Source: an archaeon (lineage in GTDB: Archaea > SpSt-1190 > DYHY01). From it: DNA of 64,000 nt. The stretch covers positions 1 to 64,000 of the forward strand of contig JAZDJS010000048.1 of NCBI GenBank assembly GCA_043803745.1. Direction: 5' to 3'. Under the pieces are notes generated by a model that saw only the letters and a program-made list of their open reading frames with translations, was not told the origin of the DNA and ran no database searches. Made by a program: the position numbers and the translations under genes. Positions within the stretch are counted from its first letter, which is position 1, and every line of letters starts with the position of its first letter. Positions 1 to 10,098 of the stretch are shown in pieces.

Positions 1-422
1 ATCCCGATGAGGATCAGGACGAACGGCCAGAGTTTCCCCCAGTTCAGGAACGCCTGGCAGCAGCCGGACTCGTAGACAAGGAAAATTACCCCGAAGGCGA
101 CAAGAAAAAGCCCGAAGATTGCGGGACCTCTGAGCCCTGACTTGTCGGAAACCTGTCTGAAGCGCGCCTGCATTTCCCGCGCATTCTCCCTTATTGCATC
201 CCGCGGCTCGGAACGGACCTTGCTTTCGGTCGGGACAATCAGCCAGAGGATGAAATAAAGTGGAATTCCTCCGCCCCCGACGAAAACGAAAAGTAGGAAA
301 ATCATTCTGACAAGCACCGGGTCGATTCCGAAATATTCCCCGATTCCCCCGCAAACCCCTGCAAGGACGCGGTTCGATTCGCTGCGGTAAAGGCGCTTGA
401 CTGGCCCGGAATTTTTCGCCAT
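1..422 (-). CDS. PspC domain membrane protein (runs off the left edge)
   Basis: Read manually from ATG at 422: MAKNSGPVKRLYRSESNRVLAGVCGGIGEYFGIDPVLVR..., the canonical PspC motif. Followed by a LiaF-like LWPFVLILIG hydrophobic tail. Not in the ORF track. Confidence 0.88.
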   Translation of the reverse strand, partial: MAKNSGPVKRLYRSESNRVLAGVCGGIGEYFGIDPVLVRMIFLLFVFVGGGGIPLYFILWLIVPTESKVRSEPRDAIRENAREMQARFRQVSDKSGLRGPAIFGLFLVAFGVIFLVYESGCCQAFLNWGKLWPFVLILIG

Positions 423-527
423 TTCGGCTTTTGACCTCAGCAGGCTCTTAAAAAGAATTCGCAGGCATCATGAAAACGGCCTCCGCCAAAGAAAGATTTA
501 TAACTCCTTACAGGTGGTCATTACTGG

Positions 528-1373
528 ATGAAGGTAGTTTTCTTCCACAGCTCCGGGAACGCGCACATTTGGAAAAGGCCTAAGAAAATGCAAAAGAGAA
601 TACAATCTGCAATCGAAAACGAGGAACCCCAAATAGCTCTTGTCCGCGAATGGGGGGGCGCTTTCTGCTCGCCTGTCGAATTAATTGAAGCTGTTGACGG
701 AATCCCTGTTCCGCAAAACGCGATTCTTGCCGTCAACGGACGGGTCCATGAGGAATATGAGCGGGAAAAGCGGATAATCGGCTGCATTTCGGTTGTCAAA
801 TACACGACTCCCGGCGGAAAACAGGAAACTGTATTTTTCCCGAAGAAGAAAAGCTATGGAACCCTTGCGGGCGCAGTCAGGGAATATTTCTATGACTGGA
901 CGCCCGAGAATCTCAGGTTCGGCGTAATTGACGGTGCAACCGGCGAATGGATTTGGAAGAAACATGATGACACAACCGAAAGAATGCACGAAATCCCAGG
1001 GATAAAAAAATTCAACCCGCCCGGATATTCCCTTGACGTTCCTGCGACGCTGCGGGTCAAACTGGCGTCCGGAGAAGCAACTGCTTGGTTTCCAATCTGC
1101 TCTGATGTTACGCCTTGCCCTCCAGAAAATTCCTGCGACCTGACAATCTATGCATCAAACGACAGGCCGCTTGCAATGCTTGAGACGAAAAGAGGCCGGC
1201 TGATGGTTGGCGCAGATAGCGGACAGTTCGGGATTTATCTTGACGGACGGAAGTTTTCATTTTTGCATCACGCGCGGATAGCAAGAACGGCTGAAAGACA
1301 ATATGGCTCGATCAAAACAACTGCGGACGTTACAAGCACTGTGACCTTCTACCAAGATCCGCTTGCCGAATGA
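528..1373 (+). CDS. hypothetical protein
   Basis: 281-aa ORF with TATA-like TTTATAA at about 497-503; no recognised motif. Confidence 0.7.
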   Translation: MKVVFFHSSGNAHIWKRPKKMQKRIQSAIENEEPQIALVREWGGAFCSPVELIEAVDGIPVPQNAILAVNGRVHEEYEREKRIIGCISVVKYTTPGGKQETVFFPKKKSYGTLAGAVREYFYDWTPENLRFGVIDGATGEWIWKKHDDTTERMHEIPGIKKFNPPGYSLDVPATLRVKLASGEATAWFPICSDVTPCPPENSCDLTIYASNDRPLAMLETKRGRLMVGADSGQFGIYLDGRKFSFLHHARIARTAERQYGSIKTTADVTSTVTFYQDPLAE

Positions 1374-1378
1374 AAACT

Positions 1379-1705
1379 CTATCCGAAAGCCCTCGGCTTT
1401 GCAGTTCCCGGCGCGTGGAATTCTCCGCCTCCAAAGTTCACGGGATGCTGGAAAACCTGCTCAAGGTGCCGGCTCCTGTGGCTTCCGAAAAGGGTGTCCG
1501 GAAGGGAATGGTATTCGCCAATTGAGACTTCCGAGCCGTTTGAGGAAACGAGTTCAACGCTCGTCCATTTGTTCCCCGCCTCAGCCTCCTCAATCTCGAC
1601 CATTTTCCCGCTTCCAAGGGCTTCTATTTGCGCGACCCGCCGGGCTTCTTCGAAATCCCTCTTAATCGTCTTAACTGAACCGCCAACAACAATCCGGTAT
1701 GTCAT
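1379..1705 (-). CDS. hypothetical protein
   Basis: 108-aa ORF with ATG start and an upstream TATA-like box; convergent with the previous gene. Confidence 0.5.
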   Translation of the reverse strand: MTYRIVVGGSVKTIKRDFEEARRVAQIEALGSGKMVEIEEAEAGNKWTSVELVSSNGSEVSIGEYHSLPDTLFGSHRSRHLEQVFQHPVNFGGGEFHAPGTAKPRAFG

Positions 1706-2075
1706 GCGCGAATATCACTGAACCTATTGTGCCCTTTTCGTATAAAGGCGAATCGGACTACTTGGGAGTGCGCTGGAAAATGGCCTGATAAACGCTGGAA
1801 AAATTCAATTATTGGGGGTTATTGGGCCCGTCAAGGGTCAGATTGCAAGTTTCCGGTAGCTTTTCAGGAGCAACAAGGGACGACGCTTGCTTAAATATTC
1901 CGGACGCGTATTTAATCCAAGGAACATCTGAAGGAAAACTGATTTTCTTATGGTTTCTGCTGTAACTCTTAAGTAGGTAAAATGTGAAGTTTTATTAGCT
2001 TGCATTGCTTCCCGCTTTTACTTTTCTCCGGAGCCAGGGGGCTTTGGGGAATTGGGGTTGGGAGGGGGGAAGAAA

Positions 2076-2600
2076 ATGGCAGGAAGAAAAATTAGCTCTG
2101 GGAAGAAGAATAAGACCGCCAGATATGTTTTGGAAACTGCTGGCGAACTTTTGAAGGACGGGGTTGCTATAGGGGTTGAAGCGGCAAGCATCCTGACGCC
2201 GGTCGTCCCAAGGGAAGCGGCGAAATGGGCTTTCGACCGGATGGAATACGACGGCTGGTTTGAGGAAACCACACCAGTTAACGGCGAACCTGTTCCGAAC
2301 GAGAAAGGCGTTGCAGCCCTAAGCGGACTTGTGGAATTAGCTGGAGGGGGTTTTTTGGTAATTAGCGGCGTTTCGATCGGAGCGGAAGGGGGTTCCTATC
2401 TTCTCGTGCCAATCGGACTTTACGCGATTTTGGAAGGCAGGGTCAGGGCGCAAGCTGCGGACACATACACAAGCACGCTCCCAGTAACCTTGCTTTCCTA
2501 CGGCGTGAAGGGAATTGCGAAAGCCGCCCGGGCGGTAAAGGAGCATGTTACCGAAAGGTATGACGAGGTTGTTGAACGGAACAAGAACACTGCAAAATAA
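2076..2600 (+). CDS. hypothetical membrane protein
   Basis: ATG at 2076 after a GGAGG-like RBS; two Gly-rich hydrophobic segments. Confidence 0.65.
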   Translation: MAGRKISSGKKNKTARYVLETAGELLKDGVAIGVEAASILTPVVPREAAKWAFDRMEYDGWFEETTPVNGEPVPNEKGVAALSGLVELAGGGFLVISGVSIGAEGGSYLLVPIGLYAILEGRVRAQAADTYTSTLPVTLLSYGVKGIAKAARAVKEHVTERYDEVVERNKNTAK

Positions 2601-2855
2601 CTCCGGCGGTCGGCCGGAAATCCGGCAAGGGCTCGCCCAGCAGAAGGGCCTCCCTTGCCGAGGACTGGTTTTCGGAGCGAATGAACGATGGGCCTTTCTC
2701 GACCGAGCCCGGAAAAGGGCCCGCCCAGGCCGCGCAATTTGTCCGGAAATCCGTCCGGAAAGTCACCTGAAAAAGTTTTAAAAAGCCAGTTCAGGTACCG
2801 AATCCGGATACAGAGATTTCCAGTTGAGAAAGAAAAGGAGAATGATGCAAGAAAA

Positions 2856-4493
2856 ATGTCGAAAACGAAGGTTCAGAACCAGCAGAATGTTATGGGCGAG
2901 GATGTCGAACGGATTCTCGGGCGCGATGCCCAGAGAATGAACATACTTGCGGGACGCGCAGTTGCGGAAATCGTCCGCAGCACGCTCGGTCCGAAGGGCA
3001 TGGACAAGATGCTTGTCGACGCCCTGGGCGACATTGTGGTTACCGGCGACGGCGTGACAATCCTGAAGGAAATGGAGATAGGCCATCCTGCCGCGAAAAT
3101 GGTTGTCGAGGTTGCAAAGGTCCAGGAGGATGAGGTTGGCGACGGCACGACGACCGCAGTGGTCCTTACGGGGGCAATGCTCCAGAAGGCGGAGGACCTC
3201 CTCAACCTGAGCATCCATCCGACCGTCATAGTGAACGGCTACCGGCTCGCATCAAACAAGGCGCTTGAGATTCTTTCAGGAATCGCAATCGATGTCAAGG
3301 CGGGCGACGATAACGTCCTGAAGAATGTCGCAAAAACCTCGATGAAGGGAAGGATTACGGAATCTGAAAGCGAAAAGCTTGCGGAAATAGTCGTCTCGGC
3401 GGCAAGGAAGGTCTCGACAATCAACGGGAAGCTTTTGAAGGTCGATGTCGACGACATCAAGGTTGAGAAGAAATCCGGCGGCTCGCTTGAGAACACCGAG
3501 CTTATTGAGGGGATTGTGATTGACAAGGAGCGCGTGCATGCGGGGATGCCGAGCAAGGTTTCCAAGGCGAAGATTGCGCTCGTAAACGCCGCCTTCGAAA
3601 TCGAGAAGACTGAAACCGAAGCGGAGATACGAATCACCTCGCCGGACCAGCTCCAGGCGTTCATGAAACAGGAGGAGAACATGCTCAAGGAAATGGTCGA
3701 CAAAGTTGCGAAAAGCGGAGCAACCGTCCTCCTCTGCCAGAAGGGAATCGACGACCTTGCCCAGCACTATCTTTCCAAGGCGGGGATTTTCGCGGTAAGG
3801 CGCGTGAAGGAAAGCGACATGACGAAGCTTGCCAAGGCAACCGGCGCGCGCGTTGCATCGACAATCTCTGACTTGAGCGACAAGGATCTTGGCTATTCCG
3901 CCGAAGTCGAGGAGCTCAAGATTGGCGGGGAAGCGATGACTTTCATCCGCGGCTGCAAGGACCCCAAGGCGGTGACAATCCTTATCCGCGGAGGAACCCA
4001 GCACATTATTGACGAAGCTGACAGGTCGCTCTCGGACACGATAAAGGTTGTCGGCGCGGCAATCGAATCGGGAAAGATTCTTGCCGGAGGCGGGAGCCCG
4101 GAGATAGAGGTTTCGATCCAGCTGAAGAAATATGCGGCATCGGTCGGCGGTCGCGAGCAATTGGCAATCGAGGCTTTTGCTGGCGCGATGGAAATAATCC
4201 CGCGCTCCCTTGCCGAGAACGGGGGACTTGACCCGATTGATTTGCTTGTCAAACTCAAGGCAAGCCATGAGAAGGGGCAGAGGACGTCCGGAATAAACGT
4301 GATGGAAGGTACCGTCTCAGACATGCTGAAAGCTGGCGTTGTCGAGCCTCTCAAGGTGAAGACCCAGGCAATCAAGTCGGCTAGCGAAGCTGCGATGATG
4401 ATACTGAAGATTGACGACGTTATTGCTGCAGGGAATCTCGGGGGCGGCGCAGGCGGGCCTCCGGGCGGAATGCCCCCTATGCCGGACATGTAA
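2856..4493 (+). CDS. ths: thermosome (group II chaperonin) subunit
   Basis: [17 protein letters not shown] and GGG(S)PE motifs, GGMPPM tail; likely start is the ATG at 2856. Confidence 0.97.
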   Translation: MSKTKVQNQQNVMGEDVERILGRDAQRMNILAGRAVAEIVRSTLGPKGMDKMLVDALGDIVVTGDGVTILKEMEIGHPAAKMVVEVAKVQEDEVGDGTTTAVVLTGAMLQKAEDLLNLSIHPTVIVNGYRLASNKALEILSGIAIDVKAGDDNVLKNVAKTSMKGRITESESEKLAEIVVSAARKVSTINGKLLKVDVDDIKVEKKSGGSLENTELIEGIVIDKERVHAGMPSKVSKAKIALVNAAFEIEKTETEAEIRITSPDQLQAFMKQEENMLKEMVDKVAKSGATVLLCQKGIDDLAQHYLSKAGIFAVRRVKESDMTKLAKATGARVASTISDLSDKDLGYSAEVEELKIGGEAMTFIRGCKDPKAVTILIRGGTQHIIDEADRSLSDTIKVVGAAIESGKILAGGGSPEIEVSIQLKKYAASVGGREQLAIEAFAGAMEIIPRSLAENGGLDPIDLLVKLKASHEKGQRTSGINVMEGTVSDMLKAGVVEPLKVKTQAIKSASEAAMMILKIDDVIAAGNLGGGAGGPPGGMPPMPDM

Positions 4494-4650
4494 TTAGGCG
4501 GCCGAGTCCTCTGCGGAGGACGAGGTCCTGAGGCGGAAAATTATTTCCAAGCTCCCGCCGAAGGAAATGCCTCCGATGCCGGACATGTAATTAGGCGGCC
4601 GAGTCCGAAGGGCGAGGTCCTGAGGAGTTTGCACCCCCGAAGGAAATGCC
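4470..4650 (+). repeat. tandem duplication of the thermosome 3' end and 3' UTR hairpin
   Basis: 31-bp exact repeat at 4479-4509 and 4576-4606; CGAGGTCCTGAGG at 4521 and 4613; CCGAAGGAAATGCC at 4558 and 4637. Confidence 0.9.
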
Positions 4651-4697
4651 CTGGGTCGAATAATCATTAAAAGGCCGGACGGACTTCCTCTGGGGAA

Positions 4698-5117
4698 ATG
4701 GCAGCGCCAAAGAAAGCAAATCCCGACGAACCCCGCTCAGGGAAGAGCATTCTCTCGGATAGGAAATACCCCGTCTATCTCGCCCTTGCGGTAACCGGGC
4801 TTTTCGCCCTGAACTTTTATTTGCTGAAGGTTTCCATCCTTTACACAATCCTGGCAGCTCTTGCGGCATTCTTCACGCCGGGATACGTTCTCTTGGACTT
4901 CTTCATGCCGAAGGACGCTCTCGAGGGCGTTGTCGAGAGGATGATGATGTCCGTGACCCTTTCACTCTGCTTCACAATACTTTACGCAAGCATCGTCAAC
5001 CTCTGGCTGAGCCAGCCGATAAACCGGGAAATCCTCGCGCTGATTCTGATTTCCTTCAACGTTTTGACGGCATCAGGAAGGCTTGTCTCGCTGAAGTTTC
5101 AGAAAAAGCCCGCCTGA
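4698..5117 (+). CDS. DUF1616-like membrane protein
   Basis: Four TM segments with an F.PGY...ER...SV.LS pattern. Confidence 0.7.
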   Translation: MAAPKKANPDEPRSGKSILSDRKYPVYLALAVTGLFALNFYLLKVSILYTILAALAAFFTPGYVLLDFFMPKDALEGVVERMMMSVTLSLCFTILYASIVNLWLSQPINREILALILISFNVLTASGRLVSLKFQKKPA

Positions 5118-6007
5118 GGGGTCTGCAGGAATTCTTCAAACTGCCGTTCCACTGCGGATTTCACACTGGGATGGATCGTCCCATATTCCGGGAATTTCTC
5201 CGGAAGCGCAAACGGAAATCGGACCGGATAAACATATTGCTCCAAAAGCGTCTCGTCCGGAAGGCGGGTTGTCTCGGCTGCAAGTTCTTCGGGACGCTTG
5301 TTCCGGCAAAGCATTTCCGCCGCAATCTGAGGAAGGTGCTCAAAGGCGTTCCCTATTCTGTGGAGTGTTATTGAATCGGACAGCGGGTCGTTAAAATAGG
5401 AATCCGAACGGAAAAGTTCTCTCGCCTCCGAGTTCAGCTGTGCGATGCCGCTCTCGGACCGGCCAACAAGATGCGAAACTGCGAGAGTGGCATAGAACTC
5501 GGTGGAACTGATAAAATAACGCGGGCAACAGACAAGCAACTTGTTCGCGAACTCGCCTATGGAACCCTTTGGAGCGTTCTTCGCGCCTGAAAAAACGAGC
5601 GTTTTCGCCAGCCCTCCGACTGCAAAATGCGCAAGCTCCTCCGCAAGGGACATTTCACGTTCCCTCTTGCTTTGAAAATCTCGGACAAATTGATAGTCCC
5701 TGACCGAGAAATATATCGCATCCGAACGCAGCGAATACATTGACGAGCTCGGGGCAGCGCAGTTTGTCTGAAGTATTATCCCGAGTTGTTCCGGAGAAGG
5801 TCTTTTTCCGCGATAGGCAACCGCAAAACTCGTTGGTTCGTCTTCATACCAAAAAACAAAGACCGGGTCGGGCAGGCTCTTGCGCGTTTTTTCACCGAGA
5901 AGCGAGGTTATCTTGGGGAGGACGACATCCGCGTATTCAACGCACTGCCTGGCGGCAGCTTCCAGGTCCTCATTCGCAAGGAAGCCCCCAAAGCGGTCGA
6001 TTTGCAT
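5099..6007 (-). CDS. hypothetical protein, zincin-like EELAH motif
   Basis: 302-aa ORF; LAEELAHF followed later by TEFYA. Confidence 0.6.
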   Translation of the reverse strand: MQIDRFGGFLANEDLEAAARQCVEYADVVLPKITSLLGEKTRKSLPDPVFVFWYEDEPTSFAVAYRGKRPSPEQLGIILQTNCAAPSSSMYSLRSDAIYFSVRDYQFVRDFQSKREREMSLAEELAHFAVGGLAKTLVFSGAKNAPKGSIGEFANKLLVCCPRYFISSTEFYATLAVSHLVGRSESGIAQLNSEARELFRSDSYFNDPLSDSITLHRIGNAFEHLPQIAAEMLCRNKRPEELAAETTRLPDETLLEQYVYPVRFPFALPEKFPEYGTIHPSVKSAVERQFEEFLQTPQAGFF

Positions 6008-6029
6008 TTCGTCCTTTAACCCTCCCGAT

Positions 6030-6077
6030 TAAAAAATAGAAAATCGGGCGGTCCCCTCTCCTGAGGAGGTCCCGCCC
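6030..6077 (-). terminator. hairpin plus T-tract terminator of the surface protein gene
   Basis: GGGCGG...CCGCCC stem followed on the minus strand by GATTTTCTATTTTTT. Confidence 0.55.
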
Positions 6078-6098
6078 TCTCCTTCTCGTCCTGCGCTA

Positions 6099-9000
6099 CT
6101 AGAACAGACCGGTCAGCCAATTCCAGAAATTCTGGAAGGCTCCGAACAGTCCAGTGAAGAATCCAGTCTGTCCGACAGGCGGCTGTTGTGGCGCTATTGT
6201 AGTGGTCGTCGGAACAGTTGTTGTAATTTCCGGCTGCTGCTCTTCTTGCCCCGGTTGTCCCTGGCTTCCTGCGCCTTTTGTGCTCTTCACGCGCGTCGAA
6301 GCAGTATAGTCGATTCCGCCAATCCTTGCTGTGAACTGAACCGTGCCGTCTGCTCCTTCAGGAACAAGCACAGTTGCAGTCAGCGTCTGTTCCTCGCCCG
6401 ATTTGAGCAGTCCAGTTGAGCCAATGTCAACGCGCCATCCTTCCGGAGCGCTTGAGGTTATGTCGGTCCCGTAGTCAGCGCAGGTTCCATTCACGCTCAG
6501 GGTCACTAGGATTTCCGCGAAATCGGTGCTTGTTTCGACGTCGGCTGGCGCGGAAAGCGCAAAGTCAGGCCTGCATGTTTCTGCGGGCGCGCCTCCGCTT
6601 CCTCCGCTGCCTCTCACCGGAGGCGCTGGCGGAGAATACGCGGCTGCCGCATAGTACGAAGCCTTGGTGGCGCGGAACGTGCAGTAGCCGTCGGCAACGA
6701 TGCAGGTTGTCGGGTCAAGTATCCCGTCCTGGGTCCGTCCCCCGCTCGGGGAAAGGGAACGGAATATTGAAAGCGTTCCCCCGTTGTGCGCAGGTCCGAC
6801 GTAAATCGAAATCTGCATTGACGGGCTGAAATATAGTCCCTGCCCGACGATTCCCCATTGGAACGCTCCGACGGAACTGTAGTTGGCGGGCAGTCCCGAA
6901 GCGCTGAAGCTGAAAATATCCGCCGTAAAATCGCGGATATCTACGGGCAAACCGTCCCCGCGGGTTATCTCGGTTCCGTCTTCCGGATATGCATAGGAAT
7001 CTCCGGAGCCTATTGCCAGGTTCGTGAAAACGGTTGTTCCCGCAACCCTGACCAGTGCAGGTCCGTCGCTTGAACCGTAGTTATAGCAGTAGAGTTTCCC
7101 TTCAGGCGAGAAAGAGAGTTCAAAACACATCCCTCCCGGATATCCGGTGTCCGGATTCGTATATGAAAGGAATGTCACGTTGCCGTTCGACGGGTCTATC
7201 TTGTAAATCGAGCCGTCAGACGAGCTGTCCATCGCGCCAATTCCAGCTCCTAACGCAACCGAGTCCGAGCTAGACCCCTCAGTGTCGCCGCTTCCATAAA
7301 GGATTCCGCTGGGCGAGAAAGCCAAACCCTGCGTGAAGAATTCCCTTCCAGTCTGGATTTCAGCATTTTCAACCTCGCCGAAAAGCTCCTGGATTATCGC
7401 TACGAAGGTCAGCTCTCCAGTTTCCTTGTTAATTGTGTAGAGCCGCGAACCGGAGTTTTGGGGGGTGCTTGACCCCTTCACCCCATAGAATGTTCCATCG
7501 GGCGCGAACGCTATCGCGTTCATTCCCCCATACCAGTATTCATCACCATAGGATATCTTGGCGATTTGCGAAACATCCCCGGTTGTCGTGTCGACAGTCG
7601 CGAGATAGTCGTTGCAAGGGGATGGTACGTGACCGTGCGCAGCCATGTAAAGAATTCCGTTCCCGTCGAAGGCGAACGCGTAAGGCCTGATTATTGAGGA
7701 GTCGTTTAGGTCGTTTAGCTGAACCTTGAAAGACTCCGCGCCAGTCAGCGGGTCGAGCGTGTAGAGATTGTCTTCATATCCCTTGTATATCGTTCCGTCA
7801 GGCGCCACCGCGAAGGCGGTGTTCTGAGCAGTCCATCCATTTATCGGATAGTTGTATCCGACAAGATGGCCTTGTCCTGCCGCGAAAGTCTCGAAAAGCC
7901 CGAACTCGTTAAGAAGGTCCAGGTTCTCAGTCGTAGTTTCAATCGGCTTGGCGAACGTCGTGCAAGTCTCGTCAAGGCACCAGAAGGAGAAGTCGACCTT
8001 TCCGCTGACATTGCCAATTATTTCCGCAAAGCTAGCTGTTCCCCACCAGTTGCGCCAGGCCTTGATTACTTCGCCCTCCGCTTCCGCTCCGAGAAGCTCG
8101 TTGTCAATTATCTTGTTCTTTTCGACAACTACTCCGGTCGAATCAGCGGAATAAATTCCAACATTGTTCGAATCTATCGTGTTGTCGTGGATTTTGACTT
8201 CGCTCATCTCGTAAAGGTCAATTCCGGAACGGTCGTCCTTCCGCACGCCGTTCGAACTTATCTCGTTCCCGTAAATCTCGAAATTCGTTCCGTCGTGGAG
8301 GTCCAGGCCCTTTGCAAAGTAGGAAATCTTCACGTTCCGGAGGACGATGTTGTCGCTTTCCGAGGAATAGATTCCACTCCCTTCAGAAGAGGTCTCTTCG
8401 AACTCCGCCGATATTGAAAAGGGCTCTATTATGTCCAGCCCCTTGAACTGGAGTATGCTAAGTCCTTCTATTGTCGCATTGCCGGAATAGATGCTTATGC
8501 CGTTTTCTCCGGGAAGCACGCTGATAATCGAATTGTCAACTCCCGCGCCAATTAATCTCAAATGCTTCTGAATCAAAACCGACTCGCGCCAGGTCCCTTC
8601 AGTCAGTTCGACTGTTCCGTGTTCGTCAACGAGAGTCGTTCCTTCGCTGATTGTCGCTTTCGGCGTCACAATGACGTAGGGCGTTGAAATCCAGTAAAAA
8701 GCGGTTTCAGGATCGTCGATTTTCACCGAGGAAATCTTCGTCATCAGGTTTTCCGAGCCTTCGCTCTCAAGGGAGCAGATTTCCGCCGTGCCGCAGACAG
8801 CCCCTCCGTCGGTTCCGTAGATTGTCCCGGGCTTGGACATGATGACTGCTTCGTCATATGTCTCGTTGTCAACGACATAGACGCTCCCCGCGGGGAACAT
8901 TGCGTCAACCCCGGCTTGGACTGCGTTGAACGCGTCATAGCCCCAGGTATGGCCGTCGTTGCCGCAGGGTCCCTGCTCTAAGACGTCGGGAGTGACTTGG

Positions 9001-9860
9001 GTGTTCGGGTCGCAGTATTCCTTGCTCACATAGACTGAGCTAGGCCTGTTGTCGTAATGGACGAAGGAACTATCGGTTGTGTTTTCCTCGGTAAATGTCG
9101 CGGAGTTTCCGGCAGTGTCAGTTACAGTGAACTCGAACGGGACAATTCCGGCAGGGTCTTCTGGATACATCTGGATGAATCCGTCGATTTCCGGGTCAAT
9201 CCGCAGGGCTCCGCCAACGCTTGCAAGGCGGCCTTCGATTGTGAATGTTCCTAGTGTGAACTCTTCAGATGAGCCGGCTGCCTTGACATAGACATATGTC
9301 CATGGGCGGGCAAAGGAGGAATTGCCTGAAAAGTCGGAATTGATTCCGACTTGCTCGAATGTCGGGGCGGTCATGTCGAAAGTGACGCTTGAACCGTCGG
9401 TCGTGGTCGTGACGGGATAAGTTTGAACTAGCAGGGAGCTGACTAGGGGAAGCGCATATGGGTATATCGAGAAAGGAACAATCCCTTCGGCATCCGATGA
9501 TTGCATCGCATATTGGGAAACGTATGAAAAGCCGATTGCGGTTCCTTGGTTGGCGATTTCCTGAACAATCGGAACGGAGTGTCCGGCGATTGTAACTTCA
9601 GTCGTCGTTTCGTTAAGGAGCTGATCGGATGAGAACCTCAAAGTGACATTGTCGCCGACTTGCGCGTAAAGGGGGTTCTGGTTGTCGGAACTTATTCCAA
9701 CTGGGAAAATGAATGGACCTGGAACCGGGGTCGCCATTGCCGGGGCAATCATCAGCGCTAAAATCGCGAAAATTGCGCAAAGCGCGGAAAGAAAACCGCC
9801 GAACCCCTTCTTGCCTGAAAAACCCGCTTCGTTGTCATAGTTCTGTTTCTTGTTTGTCAT
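6099..9860 (-). CDS. large cell-surface protein (Ig-like, right-handed beta-helix/NosD-like and beta-propeller repeats)
   Basis: Signal peptide, parallel beta-helix repeats (NxIxxNxxGI), repeated LAFxPxGxLY...LYxIxxxTG blades, Thr-rich linker, amphipathic C-terminus. Confidence 0.85.
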   Translation of the reverse strand: MTNKKQNYDNEAGFSGKKGFGGFLSALCAIFAILALMIAPAMATPVPGPFIFPVGISSDNQNPLYAQVGDNVTLRFSSDQLLNETTTEVTIAGHSVPIVQEIANQGTAIGFSYVSQYAMQSSDAEGIVPFSIYPYALPLVSSLLVQTYPVTTTTDGSSVTFDMTAPTFEQVGINSDFSGNSSFARPWTYVYVKAAGSSEEFTLGTFTIEGRLASVGGALRIDPEIDGFIQMYPEDPAGIVPFEFTVTDTAGNSATFTEENTTDSSFVHYDNRPSSVYVSKEYCDPNTQVTPDVLEQGPCGNDGHTWGYDAFNAVQAGVDAMFPAGSVYVVDNETYDEAVIMSKPGTIYGTDGGAVCGTAEICSLESEGSENLMTKISSVKIDDPETAFYWISTPYVIVTPKATISEGTTLVDEHGTVELTEGTWRESVLIQKHLRLIGAGVDNSIISVLPGENGISIYSGNATIEGLSILQFKGLDIIEPFSISAEFEETSSEGSGIYSSESDNIVLRNVKISYFAKGLDLHDGTNFEIYGNEISSNGVRKDDRSGIDLYEMSEVKIHDNTIDSNNVGIYSADSTGVVVEKNKIIDNELLGAEAEGEVIKAWRNWWGTASFAEIIGNVSGKVDFSFWCLDETCTTFAKPIETTTENLDLLNEFGLFETFAAGQGHLVGYNYPINGWTAQNTAFAVAPDGTIYKGYEDNLYTLDPLTGAESFKVQLNDLNDSSIIRPYAFAFDGNGILYMAAHGHVPSPCNDYLATVDTTTGDVSQIAKISYGDEYWYGGMNAIAFAPDGTFYGVKGSSTPQNSGSRLYTINKETGELTFVAIIQELFGEVENAEIQTGREFFTQGLAFSPSGILYGSGDTEGSSSDSVALGAGIGAMDSSSDGSIYKIDPSNGNVTFLSYTNPDTGYPGGMCFELSFSPEGKLYCYNYGSSDGPALVRVAGTTVFTNLAIGSGDSYAYPEDGTEITRGDGLPVDIRDFTADIFSFSASGLPANYSSVGAFQWGIVGQGLYFSPSMQISIYVGPAHNGGTLSIFRSLSPSGGRTQDGILDPTTCIVADGYCTFRATKASYYAAAAYSPPAPPVRGSGGSGGAPAETCRPDFALSAPADVETSTDFAEILVTLSVNGTCADYGTDITSSAPEGWRVDIGSTGLLKSGEEQTLTATVLVPEGADGTVQFTARIGGIDYTASTRVKSTKGAGSQGQPGQEEQQPEITTTVPTTTTIAPQQPPVGQTGFFTGLFGAFQNFWNWLTGLF

Positions 9861-10098
9861 TTGTTTGCCAACCCCAATCTGTTAGGGGCGGAATCTTTCT
9901 TTATATATTTAACCTTTACCCTTTCAAAATGATTAGTGGAGTTTTCCCCGCTGCAGCCGGCGAAACCCGAAAATACTGAAAAAGCGAAACTATGCAAAAT
10001 TGCACAAAATACCAAAAAACGGGCAAATTTGCATGCTCCCTTTAAAGTGGCCACAAAATAACAAAGCTTAAAAAGGTGAAGGTAACTAGGGAGGGACT
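9861..10098. promoter_or_regulatory. bidirectional promoter region between two surface-protein genes
   Basis: TATA-like boxes at about 9900 (minus) and 10068 (plus); palindromes TGCAAAATTGCA (9993-10004) and GCAAATTTGC (10023-10032). Confidence 0.55.

Noticed and set aside
1385-1400. GAAAGCCCTCGGCTTT as an IS200/IS605 end
   Set aside because: Only half of the expected motif; a simple hairpin between convergent genes is as likely.
2688-2855. N-terminal extension of the thermosome in the track
   Set aside because: Spans the promoter (TTTTAAAA near 2776); homology begins after ATG 2856.
4470-4650. Possible mini-CRISPR array (also considered at 50160-50356 and 58332-58590)
   Set aside because: Only two copies each, repeats derive from coding sequence or are irregular, and there are no cas genes.
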